Below are positions 13,301 to 25,726 of a stretch of DNA of 64,000 nucleotides, in pieces. The stretch spans positions 25,916,001 to 25,980,000 of the forward strand of contig JBHGNT010000001.1 of NCBI GenBank assembly GCA_043228905.1, in the 5' to 3' direction. The position numbers and the translations under genes are program-made. The DNA comes from Azolla caroliniana. Its lineage: Eukaryota > Plantae > Polypodiophyta. The stretch's first letter is position 1. Each line of letters starts with the position of its first letter. The notes below the pieces were generated by a model. That model worked only from the letters and a program-made list of their open reading frames with translations, searched no databases and had not been told where the DNA came from.

Positions 13301-15701
13301 CCCTTCGAGCGACAGTACTCCTGGAACTGCCCCCGGTATTCCCCTCCGTTATCCGCTCGTATCGCTTTCAGCTCCTTGCCGGATTCCCTTTCCACTCTCG
13401 CGTGGAGTTCTTTGAAGACGCACAACACTTGGTCCTTTGTCTTCATCGGTGCCGTCCACAGTTTTCGGCTATGATCATCGATGAATGTTACGAAGTACTG
13501 GGCTCCGCCATGTGACTTCGTTTCTACCTGACACACGTCAGTGTGCACCAACTCCAATGGTGCGCTACGTCTCGTCGGTGGCTTTGAGTGGAAGGAGGTT
13601 CGGTTCTGCTTACCGGCCAGGCAATCGGTGCACTTCTCCAGGTGCACATGCTTCACTGGGATAAGGTTGTCTTCTGCAAGCCTCTTCATCCCCTTCTCAC
13701 TCATGTGGCATAGTCTCTTGTGCCACAGCTCACCGGCAGTGTCGGCTGCCACATTCAGCTCTTCCGGACATAACCAGGCATTCATCAGGTACAGTGTGTT
13801 GACTTTCCGGGCCCGAGCCACTATCAGGCTCCCCTTGCTGAATTTCATTACGCCGTTCCGGATGCTACCTGTGTAGCCTTCATCGTCTAGCCTCCCGGCC
13901 GAAATCAGGTTCAATCGAACCTCCGGAACGTGTCGGACATCCTTCAGCAGCATTTTGCATCCGGTCGGGGTTGTCAACCACACGTCTCCTATGCCGGAAA
14001 TCCGGCACGTACCTTCATTTCCCATCCGAACACAGCCATGCTCACCGGCTGTGTAGGATGAGAAGTATCTTCTCTCCGGGGTCAGGTGGAACGATGCTCC
14101 GGAATCGACCACCCAGGTCGTCTCATCGCCGGCAACGTTTAGCTCACCTTCTTCGGTGATGAGCATGATTTCTTCCTCACTTGCCGCGAGTGCCGTTGTT
14201 CCTTTCCGGTCCTGCCCTCGCCGATCCGAACCTCTCCGGTCCGTGGCTCCCCGGTATGCACCGTTTCTCTCCGGTGACTTCTTCGAATCGGTGTCGTCGG
14301 CTCCGTTGTCTTTTCGGTAATGCCGACAATTCTTTCGAAAGTGCCCGGGCTTCCCACAGTGGAAGCATGTGGGCCTTCCTCTTGACTGCGACCGGGTCCC
14401 CGACTTCTCCCGTCTTTGCGGACTCCGGTTCCATTGCCTTCCCCGATCCGATTCGGTAAGCAGCGCCTTCGAGTCGGAGGCCGGTTCTTTATCTCTCCGA
14501 CGCGCTTCTTCGTTCAAAATACTTGTCTTTACCGTTTGCAAGGACAAGTTATCTTCTGTGCAGGAGGTGCTGAGAGTCACCACCAAGTTCTCCCAGCTTT
14601 CCGGCAATGTACACATCAGGATGATGGCTTGCATTGCATCCTCCAACGGGAACTTGATCGCCGCAAGCTGATTCACGAATCCCATGAACGTGCTTACGTG
14701 TTCCACCATACTCTCGCCGTCCCGGTACTTGAGATTCACTATCTTCCTCATCAGGGAGGTCCGGTTCAACGCATTCTTCCTCTCGTAGAGGCCCGACAGC
14801 TTCTTCCACATCTCATATGCGTTGGTGTCGTTTGCCACATGTTGTAGGACGCTTACATCGACATATTGTCGGATCGTCGCTACGGCTTTCCGGTTCAGGA
14901 GCTTCCACTCCGACTCAAGTACCCCTTTCGGTATTTCCGACCTGTCAATCGGTTCGTACAGGTCCCGAACAATCAGAAGATCCTCCATCTTGATCTTCCA
15001 GTCGGCGTAATTCTGTGCATTCAGCACCATCATCCCCGGCTGCCCGCTGCCGCCGCCTTCCATTTTCTGCAGCAGTCGCTCTGATACCAGTTTGTTGAGA
15101 ATCGATGCTTCGATTCACCTTCTTCGCCCGGCCACAACCGAGTAATCGCGGATCAATGCAGCAGAAAATGGAAACCAAAAGAGAGAAACACATGAGTACA
15201 CAGGGATTAACGTGGAAAACCCTAGATGGGAAAAACCACGGGAGTACAAGACTCCAAACAACACTATACAAGAGAAGTATACAATGACGAGCTCCAAGGC
15301 GACGACCTTGAGCTCGCTGTCCTCGCCACAAGCGGCGGAAATACACAGAGGCGTCGTCCTCTTCCTCTCTCGCGCTCTATCTCTCACTCTGTCTCACGGC
15401 TGCTCCCTCTTCACTCCTCTTGAGTGGAAAAACAGAAAAATGATAAGCAACAACAAAACAGATTGCCCTAAGTCATATTTATACATATATGACTTTGGGG
15501 CTATTTACAACTATAGCCTCAGGGGCCCATAGCAGACATATTCACGGATATGTCCCTGCATCCGGATCGCTCTCCGGGTACATTCGTCATCCGGCACCGA
15601 AGCCGGGGTCTTCGTCATCCGGATCCGAAACCGGAACCGGGCTTGTCGGCATTCATCTCCGACATCCGACCATCCCATCCGAAGGGACCGTAATCCCAAC
15701 A
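10371..15701 (-). mobile_element. Near-intact Ty1/copia retrotransposon (Tnt1/Tork-like)
   Basis: Two 609-bp LTRs (10371-10979, 15093-15701) show only ~2 differences by eye. TSD is GAACG (10366-70, 15702-06). The tRNA-iMet PBS tggtatcagagc is at 15078-89 and the PPT at ~10980-89. Confidence 0.97.
10990..15063 (-). pseudogene. Copia gag-pol polyprotein with one premature stop near the end of RNase H
   Basis: 1282-aa ORF with CFHCGKPGHFRKNC knuckle, WVVDSGAS protease, GAG-pre-integrase and integrase, RT YVDD and RNase H. It stops at YCDS* where the sister copy (44478-46493) reads YCDSQ, and the frame continues to TGA at 10990-92. Confidence 0.92.
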
Positions 15702-17885
15702 GAACGCCGTGATAATGCATCTGCCTTCCCTTGGTGCTTCCCCGGACGATATGTAATTTTGAAGTCGAAACGTTGTCGCGTTGTTACGTGCGTGCGTGGA
15801 GAAAGGCGGGACCACGGGGGTCATGGACTAGAGAGTGATGGAGCGTAGGAAGTCGTGCTTCACTGTTTCTGGGGCATCCCAGAGACACACCGGAAGCAAC
15901 CGAAGGGAGAGAGAGAGAGAGAGAGAGAGCGTGCTTAACACCGACTCACGCACACGCACACGCACACACAACCCGACTCACGCCTTATGTACAAAAAACG
16001 CAGGAAAGGGTAAGCACCCGACACCAACAACGACGCGAATATACACAAACAAACGTATATATATATATATATATGAAGGGAAGAATACATTCCCGGCGTC
16101 GAGCCGGACTGACGTAGGTTACAATAGTCGTCTGATGTCAAGCCGCCGTCGGGGAGCTCTCAGCTCGTCGCGCCGAGCGGGGTCTTGCACAAGAGGCCGA
16201 ACCAAGCAACCCTAAGCGAAACACGTAGAAGGAGAAGAAGAAGAACCTAACTCTAAACCTAACGGTATACCCTCTAATGCAAAATGGGCAACCCTTTTAC
16301 AAAGGGCGTTCCCTTCCTTTTATAGAACAAGGAAAGGGAGGCATTACAATGCGTGACAAATCCCGACTTACATGGGATCGTCTGTCCCGACTTGACTACT
16401 CTTCGGCGCCATAAAGGCGCCCTCGATATTCACACTAAACGTACATGGGTGCGTACACACGCTGCACCCCGCCGATGTAGCCAATGTTTCCCGGTTTTCG
16501 CCTCTGGACGAAATTCTTCACGACATCCGCCCCCACCTAACTGCACGTCCACCGGTACGTGCCAATCTGGTTGAAGGGTGAGAGATTTCGGCCGGTGAGA
16601 AACCGGTCTCCCGTGATCCGCATCTCGGCTCGCTGCCGGTTTGATCCGTCGGCTTCGAGTCTTCCTTCGCGCTCGCCTCCCCGTAGGCTCGTTCGACCCG
16701 TCGATGGGTCCTCTGCCGCGATCTCCGTAGTACACGTTCTTCTGTTGGCCCTTGTTCGGCCGTATGAACACCCCGCTTCCCGATGTATGCCCGATGTCCT
16801 CCGCTTGAGGAATGCCCGTGGCAGCCCGCTTGGCCTCCGTTGTCGAATCGTGATGTCCCGATGGTGTTTCGCGTCGCCTTCGTCCTTCCGCCGCCACCTT
16901 CCTTCTCCATGGTCTTACATCACCGCGTCAGCTCGAACCGCCATGGTCTCCGGAACAGTGTGGAGGATCCCTTTCCAACGTTCTCCGCGCTCGCCTTCCC
17001 ACTCCCGCACCTCCGTGTGCCACATACCCTCGTCCGTTGTTTGGCACTGCCCGTGTTGCACTCCTCATCGGCCCTCTTTCCGGCCAGATCGTGCATCGTT
17101 GTTCACCCGCATACCGGTGTCCTCTGCACCCGCGGAACACCCCGTAGTAGCCCGCTTGGCCCTTCCCGTCTTCGTGCCGCTGCAACAGGTCCTGAGTCTT
17201 CCGCTTGCCGTCGTCCCCTCGCCCCCACTAGCTTGTCACCCCGGCTTGCCGTGTCAGTCTTCGTTACTTCGACGGAGCTACCGAGATCTACGAAGCGAGT
17301 GTGGAGGATCCTCCTCCGGCCTCTCTTGCCATCCTGATTCCGACCCTGTGCAGTCCACTAGGCACTTGTCACTTCGTTCTCGGCAGCTCCCTTGTGCTAT
17401 CTTCCGCTTCCTTCGTTCAGCCCCGTCCGCGCCGAACACCGTCCCGTAGTCACGCTTCGATCCGGCCCGCGATGGCCATTTGCGAGACTCTTGTTCTGTT
17501 CTAGGTGTGCCTTTCCGGCCCGACACACCTCCCCGTGTTTGCCCCTACCGGCTCCTTCCGAACCTCGTGTCGTCGGGTCCCGTTCCCTGCCGCCACCGTC
17601 CTTCTTCCTCGGTCTCACGTTGCCACGTTGGCTGAACTGCCGGAGTCTCCGGATCAGTGTGAGGGTTCCATAGGACCGGACTCCGTTTCTATGCTTGCCG
17701 AAATTCGGGGGACTTTTGTTTGAGTTCCTCCCGGACTCTCCTCGTGTCTTCCTCGTAGCCGGGTCCCGTTTCCCGCCGCCACCTTCCTTCTCCCTCGGTC
17801 TTATGTTGCCATGATGGCAGAACAGCCGGAGTATCCGGAACCAGTGTGGGGATCCCGTAGGACCGGACTTCCTTACGCCCATGGT

Positions 17886-18101
17886 CTTCGTCACCTCGCC
17901 GCCACCGTCAGTATCTTGGTCTTACGTCGACCGCGTTGCCAACTGCCGAAGTCTCTAGAACCGGTGTGAAGGATCCTCCGTCGACCGCCCTTCCGTAGCC
18001 CTTGCCTTCGTCACCTCGGCGCCACCGTCAGTATCTTGGTCTTACGTCGACCGCGTTGCCGACTGCCGAAGTCTCTAGAACCGGTGTGAAGGATCCTCCG
18101 T
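17886..18101. repeat. 120-bp-period direct repeat in the internal region
   Basis: The ~95-bp unit gtcacctcg..gtcagtatcttggtcttacgtcgaccgcgttgcc..aaggatcctccgt occurs twice. A looser ~185-bp-period pair lies at 17575-17870. Confidence 0.9.
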
Positions 18102-18507
18102 AGGCGTTCGTCGCCTTCTTGACCCTATCCCGGGTCGTCCTTTTTCTCATGCCGAGAGGGCGGTTTACTCCGCACCCTCTCCCGTGGTACCGACGTACCG
18201 TGTCCTCGGCCACTTCGTAGGCCTGCTCTCTTCCTCCCTTCCGGAATGGTTATCCGGGAGTCCGCTCCGCCCGGTTCTCGTCCTGGTCCGTTCGTCCTTC
18301 TCCGGATTGCCGAGTCCCGTCCTCCTGTCACCACCGATCTCTCTTATAGGACTCATGCCGGCACTCGGGCCTACAGCCGGATCGGTGTAAGGAATCCCAT
18401 AGGACCGGCTTTCATTCCTTTTCCAAATCTCGACCTTCGCCCGGTCGGTCTTTCTCCCCATGTAAAAGAGGGCGGCTCGTCCCGCACCCCCTTCCGTATC
18501 GACCCCT

Positions 18508-19869
18508 TCATGCCGAATCCGGCCCCGATCGAACGATCCACGACCGGATCACGCTCCACCCGTATCGGAATGCTGATCCCCTCGTGTCGTGTCCGTCCTC
18601 GGCCTCCTCGCAGGCTGTTTCCCATCCGTCTTCGCTGGCATCGTGCCAGGACTCCTCGGTACCGCCATCCATCTCCTCGGTCTTACATGGGCATACGGGC
18701 CCAGTTGCCGAGTTCTCCGAAATCGGGTCCGTGGGCTTTCGTCCGCTCCTTCCCCGTATCGTCTCGCCGGTGATTCTCCCCCTTTCGCCGCCGCCTTCCT
18801 CCGATTGGGACTCACGTGGGCACTCGGGCCCGACTGCCATCGTCTCGGGAGCAAGTGTGGGAAGACACAAGGAATCGCCCGTCCGTTCTTCGCCCTTGTC
18901 CGTAGCCACCGACTCTTCGTGGTTGGCGGTCGTCTTCTTATCGATCGCGCAAGCCCCGTCTGGGCTTGCTTCTCCAATGCCCGGGATCTCGGGCTGACAC
19001 GCCCGAGACCGCTGGTCCCAACGTTCCGGTTCCGCGATCGGTATCTCGGCCTCATCCTTGGCCGTTCTATTTCCACAAGTCGAGAGGGTGTTTCGTTCCT
19101 CACCCTCTCCTGTGGTACCGTCGTACCGATCTTCCGTCGTGGCGTGGGGCAAGTCCGTCTCCTCGGTCTCAGCTTCTGGCTTCGATCCTCCCTCTTCCTC
19201 GAGCATCGCTTTGAGCGCAGCGTACGCCTCCGCAATCCTAGCCCCAACACCAACCCTTGCCGACTCTCTTTGCCATTCGGCCTCTTCCCGCTGCGATGGC
19301 ACGCTGTCGCGTACCTTCCTCTTAGCCTTCTCGGCTCGCTCGTTGTTTAGCCTTTGGCACACCCTTCCGACCTTCGACCAGTCCTCCGTAAGCCCATTCG
19401 CTCCATCATCGTCTTCGAGTTCAATCCCGATGGCTTCCCGTTCCGCTCGGTCGATCGACCTGACGAACAATAGGACCTTGTCCGCCCCCACCAAACCTTG
19501 TTCCCACTCTGGGAGCCGAGCAAGCCGTCGCTCGAACTCTCGGAGCGCCTTCGTCGCGCCCCGGTGGATCTTTGCCGATGCTACCCACTGGTCAAAGTCG
19601 TGCCGTCCCCGGCTCTTCCGCCGTCCTCCGTATGCCTTCAGGAGCGCCTCTTCGAAGGCCTCCCACGAACTATGAGCCTCACGGAGCTCCTTTACTTACG
19701 CATTGTAGGCTTCCAAGTAAGATGGAACTTTGTCCCCATTGAAACGGCCGACTCTTTCGACCACTCGCTCAACCGCTTGTTGCGCTGCTTCTCGCCTCAT
19801 CACCACTCGTGCCGACTCCAACACCACTTTGGCCACCATCCCCACAAGGTCATCGTCTTCCGACTCCAT
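18508..19869 (-). pseudogene. Gag-like ORF with long acidic/low-complexity tail (one internal stop at 19696-98)
   Basis: MESEDDD..VGRFNGDKVPSYLEAYNA*VKEL..WEAFEEALL..FDQWV..EFERR..DKVLLFVRSID..LEDDDGANGLTEDWSKV. It is homologous to ORF 22654-23025. Confidence 0.75.
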
Positions 19870-22195
19870 CCTCCCTTGCCGCCTTTCACGTCGGGTTCAC
19901 CAAATATGTCGCGTTGTTATGCGCGTCCGTGGAGAAAGGCGGAACCACGGGGGTCATGGACTAGAGAGTGATGGAGCGTAGGAAGTCGTGCTTCACTGTT
20001 TCTGGGGCATCCCAGAGACACACCGGAAGCAACCGAAGGGAGAGAGAGAGAGAGAGAGAGAGCGTGCTTAACACCGACTCACGCACACGCACACACAACC
20101 CGACTCACGCCTTATGTACAGAAAACGCAGGAAAGCGTAAGCACCCGACGCCAACAACGACGCGAATATACACAAACAAACGTATATATATATATATGAA
20201 GGGAAGAATACATTCCCGGCGTCGAGCCGGACTGACGTAGGTTACAGTAGTCGTCTGATGTCAAGCCGCCGTCGGGGAGCTCTCAGCTCGTCGCGCCGAG
20301 TGGGGTCTTGCACAGGAGGCCGAACCAAGCAACCCTAAGTGAAACACGTAGAAGGAGAAGAAGAAGAACCTAACTCTAAACCTAACGGTATACCCTCTAA
20401 TGCAAAATGGGCAACCCTTTTACAAAGGGCGTTCCCTTCCTTTTATAGAACAAGGAAAGGGAGGCATTACAATGCGGGACAAATCCCGACTTACATGGGA
20501 TCGTCTGTCCCGACTTGACTACTCTTCGACGCCATAAAGGCGCCCTCGATATTCACACTAAACGTACATGGGTGCGTACACACGCTACACCCCGCCGATG
20601 TAGCCAATGTTTCCCGGTTTTCGCCTCTGGCCGAAATTCTTCACGACAACGCATGAGGTATTGGGCCCAATGAGCTTGACGTTGATTTAACACATGAGCA
20701 CTGTAAAAGTAGGCAAGGTTTTTGTGATCACTAAATACGGTGACTTGATGAGAGGATCCCTCTAGAAAATGCCTCCATTGCGTAAATGCCTTCTTAAGAT
20801 TCTCAAAATCCATGTCCGCTTCTTCAGACCAAACGAACGATTGTCCCTTCTTAGTAAGTTGTGTGAGAGGTAGAACAAGCTTTGAGTAATCATGTATAAA
20901 CTTGCGGTAGAAATTGGCAAAGCCTAAAAAGCATTGCACATCTCGCAACGAATGCGGAGTTTGCCACTCTACCACCATTTTGACCTTAGCTGGATACATG
21001 GAGATGCCTTCCGAGGAGATGACATAACCTAGAAATTCCACCTGGTTGCACCCGAAACTACATTTTTCCAACTTTGCATAAAGACCATGTTCTCAATGTC
21101 GTTTTAGTACTAACAATACATGAGAATCATGCTCTTCTTGGGTCTTCGAATAAACCAGTAGAATATCCAAATAGATGATCAAACAAACATCCAAGAGATC
21201 TCGGAATATATCATTTGTCATGTGTTGGAAGACTGTTGGTGCATTAGTGAGGCCAAACGGCATGACCGTATACTCGAAGTGGTCAAATCTGGTGCGAAAT
21301 GCGGTCTTCCATTCATCTCTTGGTCGGATTCGTATGAGGTTATATGCTCCCCCCCCGTAAGTCAATCTTCATGAAGAACCTTGCACCATTGATCCGTTCT
21401 AAAAGACTTGAGATAAGGGGAAGTGCATACCTATTTCTGATGGTGACCTTATTCAAGCCACAGTAATCTACAACGAGACGAAGTGATCCATCCTTTTTCT
21501 TGACGAATGCCGAATGAAACCATTTCCCAAATTCTCCTCTATATAGGCTCGAAGAACTTCTAGCTTGGTTGGTGACAAATTGTAGATCGGTCCCCATGGT
21601 GGCTCTTTTCTCGATTGTAAATCGATGGGGCAATCATACGGTCGATGGTGAGGAAGCGTATTGGCTTGTACTTTATCGAACACATCGACATAATGATGAT
21701 ACTTCTTTGGAAGTTGAATGGTGGACTCCTCTTTAGTGGTATCGGAGGGTTTTATTGATATTGTGAAGAGAAACATTTCTTCCTTGCGTCCTTCTTCCCG
21801 CAACTGATGTAGCGAAATGGTTGCAATCTTATGAGTAGATCCTCGGGCTTGTCGATATCGGATTTCTCTTGTTCTCCAATCTATGTCTGGGTTATGTAAT
21901 TCGAACTATGGTAATCATAAAACAATGGGATGTTCTGGGATACTAATTATATTAAATGATGCTACACACGCTAGATTATCTAGGACGATATTAACGGGCT
22001 CTGACTCTTCTATGATATTTCTGGAAGCAATGGGACGACCATCAATGACTACTACAGAGGCTGGACACGGGAGTTTTCTAAGAGATATCTTATGAGCTTG
22101 GGCAAATTTCCTATCCATGAAGCAAGAATTAGCTCCGGAATCTAGAAGTGCTAAGACATGTACTAGAGGAGTACTTTTAGTACTAACTGTTACGT

Positions 22196-23751
22196 GGGCC
22201 ATGGTGATCAACCGAGTCCTTAGCATCCTTGTCAACTTTGCCTGACTTCGTCTTCCACTTCGAGCAAGCCCGTCCCTTCCACATAGACCACCGTAGCCTC
22301 CTAGTCCGCCATACCCGTTGTACGCTCTCGAACCATCGCTCCGCACCCTCTCCCATGTCACTGTTGTATGCTCTTTCGGCCTCCGCATAGGCCCCATCTT
22401 TCGTGTGCAGGGAGGCATCTTCCTCCACGTCCTCCGATCCTCTCGGGCCCATCTCCATAGTAGACCCTCTTTCGGCTTCAACTTGTGCTTTCACGATCTC
22501 GTACGCTTCTCGTATCAAGGCTTTGATGTCGAGCTCCACCGAACCATTCCGCGGTGAGCTTTCCTCCGTCGGCGGTGATGCGTAGTCACTCACCATCCTC
22601 CTTTCCCCGCTGCTTGCGGACCGTGTTGCGGACGACCACATCTCCTCGTGTCGTCAGCATACCCTCCCTACTTTGTTCCAATCCTCTATGAGGCCGTACG
22701 CCCCTTCATCGTCTTCGAGTTCGGATAAAAGGGCCATTCTCCACTTTCCATTAACCGACTTTAAAAATAGTAGGACCTTGTCCGCCCCCACCGATCTTCG
22801 ATCCCGGTCCGAGAGTTGAGCAAAACGATGCTCGAACTCTCGAAATGTTGTCATTGCGCTCCAAGGAGCCTTCGCCGATGCTACCCATAGACCGAACTCA
22901 CGTCGATCATACTCGTATGGCTCGTCCCGTCTTTCTCTTTTCCTTGCAAAATCCCTCACCATCGTCGCCATTACTTCCGTGATGTCTTCCTCTTCCATCC
23001 TCTTTCTCCCTTGCCGCCTATTCACGTCGGGTTCACCAAAGATGTCAAGGAAATCCTCGCGAATGTGTGTGGAATAAGGCGGGACTGCGGGGTTCTTGGA
23101 CTAGGGAGTAGATGGGAAGATGGTATGAGCAAGGTGGAAGAGATTAACATGGTAGAGAAAGTAGAAAGAGACAAGATTTAAGAAGTTATGTATATTATGG
23201 GCTTGAAAGCCTCAATGCGATTACAACTGCGGTCGCGTGGGCCGGACTCAAAACATAAGTAGAATGTAAACCCTATTCGGATAAGTAAAGAAAGAAATGA
23301 AGAAAACCCTAAACCGAATAGAAACCCTCGACCTAAGTGGTATACCTCTTCTCCCTCAAAATAGACAACCCTTTCAATGGTGCCCCTTCCTCTCCTTTTA
23401 TAGCATAAGGAGAGAAAGCCATTACAAAAGGGAGAGACTAAATATCCCCTTCATTCAATGGGGGATATTTTCTTAGATTCTTGGAGGAGGGATTGATAGG
23501 GCCTTAACTCCCACTCCTCACACATACTACTATGCCCATTACTCACCTCGTACTCTTATGTACCCCTCTCTTTCTCATGTGTTATGTGCACATCACATTT
23601 ACATTTTAGGAATCTTGTGGTGCATTTCTTGCAATTTACATTTGTTCTTATTAATATTTTACAAATACATCATGTCCGTGTGCAACGTTGCACACCCCGG
23701 TTTTGCTCACTCCACTCCGTTTTCCCCCTATGGACAAAAATCTTCACGACA
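22196..23751 (-). mobile_element. Truncated Trp-primed gag-only element (5' LTR 23043-23751, gag 22654-23025)
   Basis: The LTR reads tgtcaagg..tcttcacgaca with PBS complement attcacgtcgggttcacca at 23020-38 and right flank acgt. The 3' LTR is missing, as is the host gag knuckle region. Confidence 0.8.
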
Positions 23752-24695
23752 ACGTGTAGTGTCAATCTCCATCGGAGTCGGAGTATTCACTGGAGACGCA
23801 TTATATGACTCCCTCCGAAAAGGTTTCGCTACCACTGAGGCATAGGTGGGCTCTGATCTTGTCCTCAGCATCTGGAATTGCTGTTCCAAACGTTGTTCGA
23901 AAAGGCGATTGTCGCATCTCACTGCGCGACCGATTGCTTATGTTAATGACTTTGGTTCTTCGGGGAAGTTTAAGAGTAAATACTTGACATCGTTTCATAA
24001 ACCATAACGAAATTGGTCCATCAATGCTTGATCATCCCAAGGGATATCGGCGGCGAGTAGGTAGAAATCTGCAGCGTATGCAGAGGCTGGATGATCACCT
24101 TGGCGTAATTGTCGAATTTTGTTGATTGTTGTCCTTATGTTGTCAGTATCTCCAAATCAATCTTTAAACTCTTATAAATTCTTCAAAATTGTTTAGTAAT
24201 GGAGATTCCTTTTCTAGCAACGGAGCGAACCATGCCAATGTTGAGCCACTAAGTAGAGTGCCTACTAGTCCCACTCGTGATGCATCGGTGGGATATCGAG
24301 AAGGATGCATTTGAATCACTAAACGTACCTGATTCAGGAAACCTCTAAATTGTGATCGGGTCCCATCAAATTTTGCAGGAAGACCAATCTTGGGTTCTTT
24401 GTGAATTCCTTGAGTGCTTGATCCTTGTTGTTTGTAGTGATACAATAGTCGTTTCAAGTTTTCATACACGTAACATCAGCTCCCCATGTTGTTGTTGTTT
24501 TTCGAGCTTTATTTGTTGAAGATCCCCCAACAACCAATGATTTTCTTGTTTTAGTGCTACAAATTTATTTTTTAAGCATTGGAGCTCCGAGAAAAAAAAT
24601 TGGTATTCCTGAGCGCTAACAGTTTCCATTTTACTAGGGAGGATAAGAGGATTAGTATGAAGGGAAAAAAGGGGTAAGAAGACGAGGGAAACCAG

Positions 24696-25141
24696 TGTCG
24701 TGAAGAATTTCGGCCAGAGACGGAAACCGGGAAACATTAGCTACATTGGCGGGGTGTAGCGTGTGTACGCACCCATGTACATTTAGTGTGAATAACGAGG
24801 GCGCCTTTATGGCGCCGAAGAGTAGTCAAGTCGGGACAGACGGTCCCATGTAAGTCGGGGTTTATCCCACATTGTAACGCATCCCTGTCCTTGTTCTATA
24901 AAAGGAAGGGAACACCCTTTCTGAAAGGGTTGCCCATTTTGCATTAGAGGGTATACCGTTAGGTTTAGAGTTAGTTTCTTCTTCTTCTCCCCCTTCGTGT
25001 TCGCTTAGGGTTTGCTGCAGCTCATCTCCTGCGCAAGACCCCGCTCGGCGCGACGAGCCCGTGAGCTCCCCGACCGGCCGCTTGGCAGCTGACGACTACT
25101 GTAACCTACCTCGGTCCGGCTCGACGCCAGGAATGTATTCT

Positions 25142-25178
<37 letters not shown>

Positions 25179-25314
25179 TGCGTCTGTCTGTGTATATTCG
25201 CGTCTTCGTTGGTGTCGGGTGCTTCCCCCTTCCTGCATTTCCTGTACTTAAAGGGGTGAGTCGGGTTGGCCTGTGTGTGTGTGTGTGAGTGTGTGTGTGT
25301 GAGTTGGTGTTAAA

Positions 25315-25365
<51 letters not shown>

Positions 25366-25492
25366 GTTGCTTCCGGTGTGCTTCTGGGATGCCCCGGAGA
25401 CAGTGAAGCACGACTTCCTATGCTCCATCACTCCCTAGTCCAAGACCCCCGTGGTCCCGCCTTTCTCCACGCACGCGCGTAACAACGCGACA
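24696..25492 (+). mobile_element. Solo LTR of the Trp-primed family, opposite orientation
   Basis: Reverse-complement homologue of LTR 19907-20648 (tgtcgtgaag..aacgcgaca) with 4-bp TSD ccag/ccgg. Confidence 0.92.
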
Positions 25493-25676
25493 CCGGAAAG
25501 AAGACCGGAAAAAAGGGGATATGTAAGAAGATAAAAGGAAGAGGAGAAAAGGAGGAGACGGAAGGAGGGAAAATCGGTTCAAACTGTTAGGAATAGTACT
25601 GAGACAGAGAAGAAATTAGTACTTAGAGAGGAATATTAGTACTAAGAGGAATAGAGGGTGTAGAACACTCGAGAGA

Positions 25677-25726
<50 letters not shown>

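Larger units (their letters stand above)
15774..20648 (-). mobile_element. Complete non-autonomous gag-only (TR-GAG-like) LTR element, tRNA-Trp primed
   Basis: LTRs are 15774-16525 and 19907-20648. The PBS complement tcacgtcgggttcacca (19886-19902) matches the 3' end of tRNA-Trp, and the PPT complement tccgcccccacc is at 16526. The 4-bp TSD is acgt/acgc, confirmed by restoring the host frame LMR|FDFKITYRPGK. No RT, RNase H or integrase motifs. Confidence 0.9.

Noticed and set aside
19886-19902. tRNA-Trp-like sequence (also 23020-23038)
   Set aside because: Only the 3' 17-19 nt including CCA are present next to an LTR. This is a PBS, not a tRNA gene.
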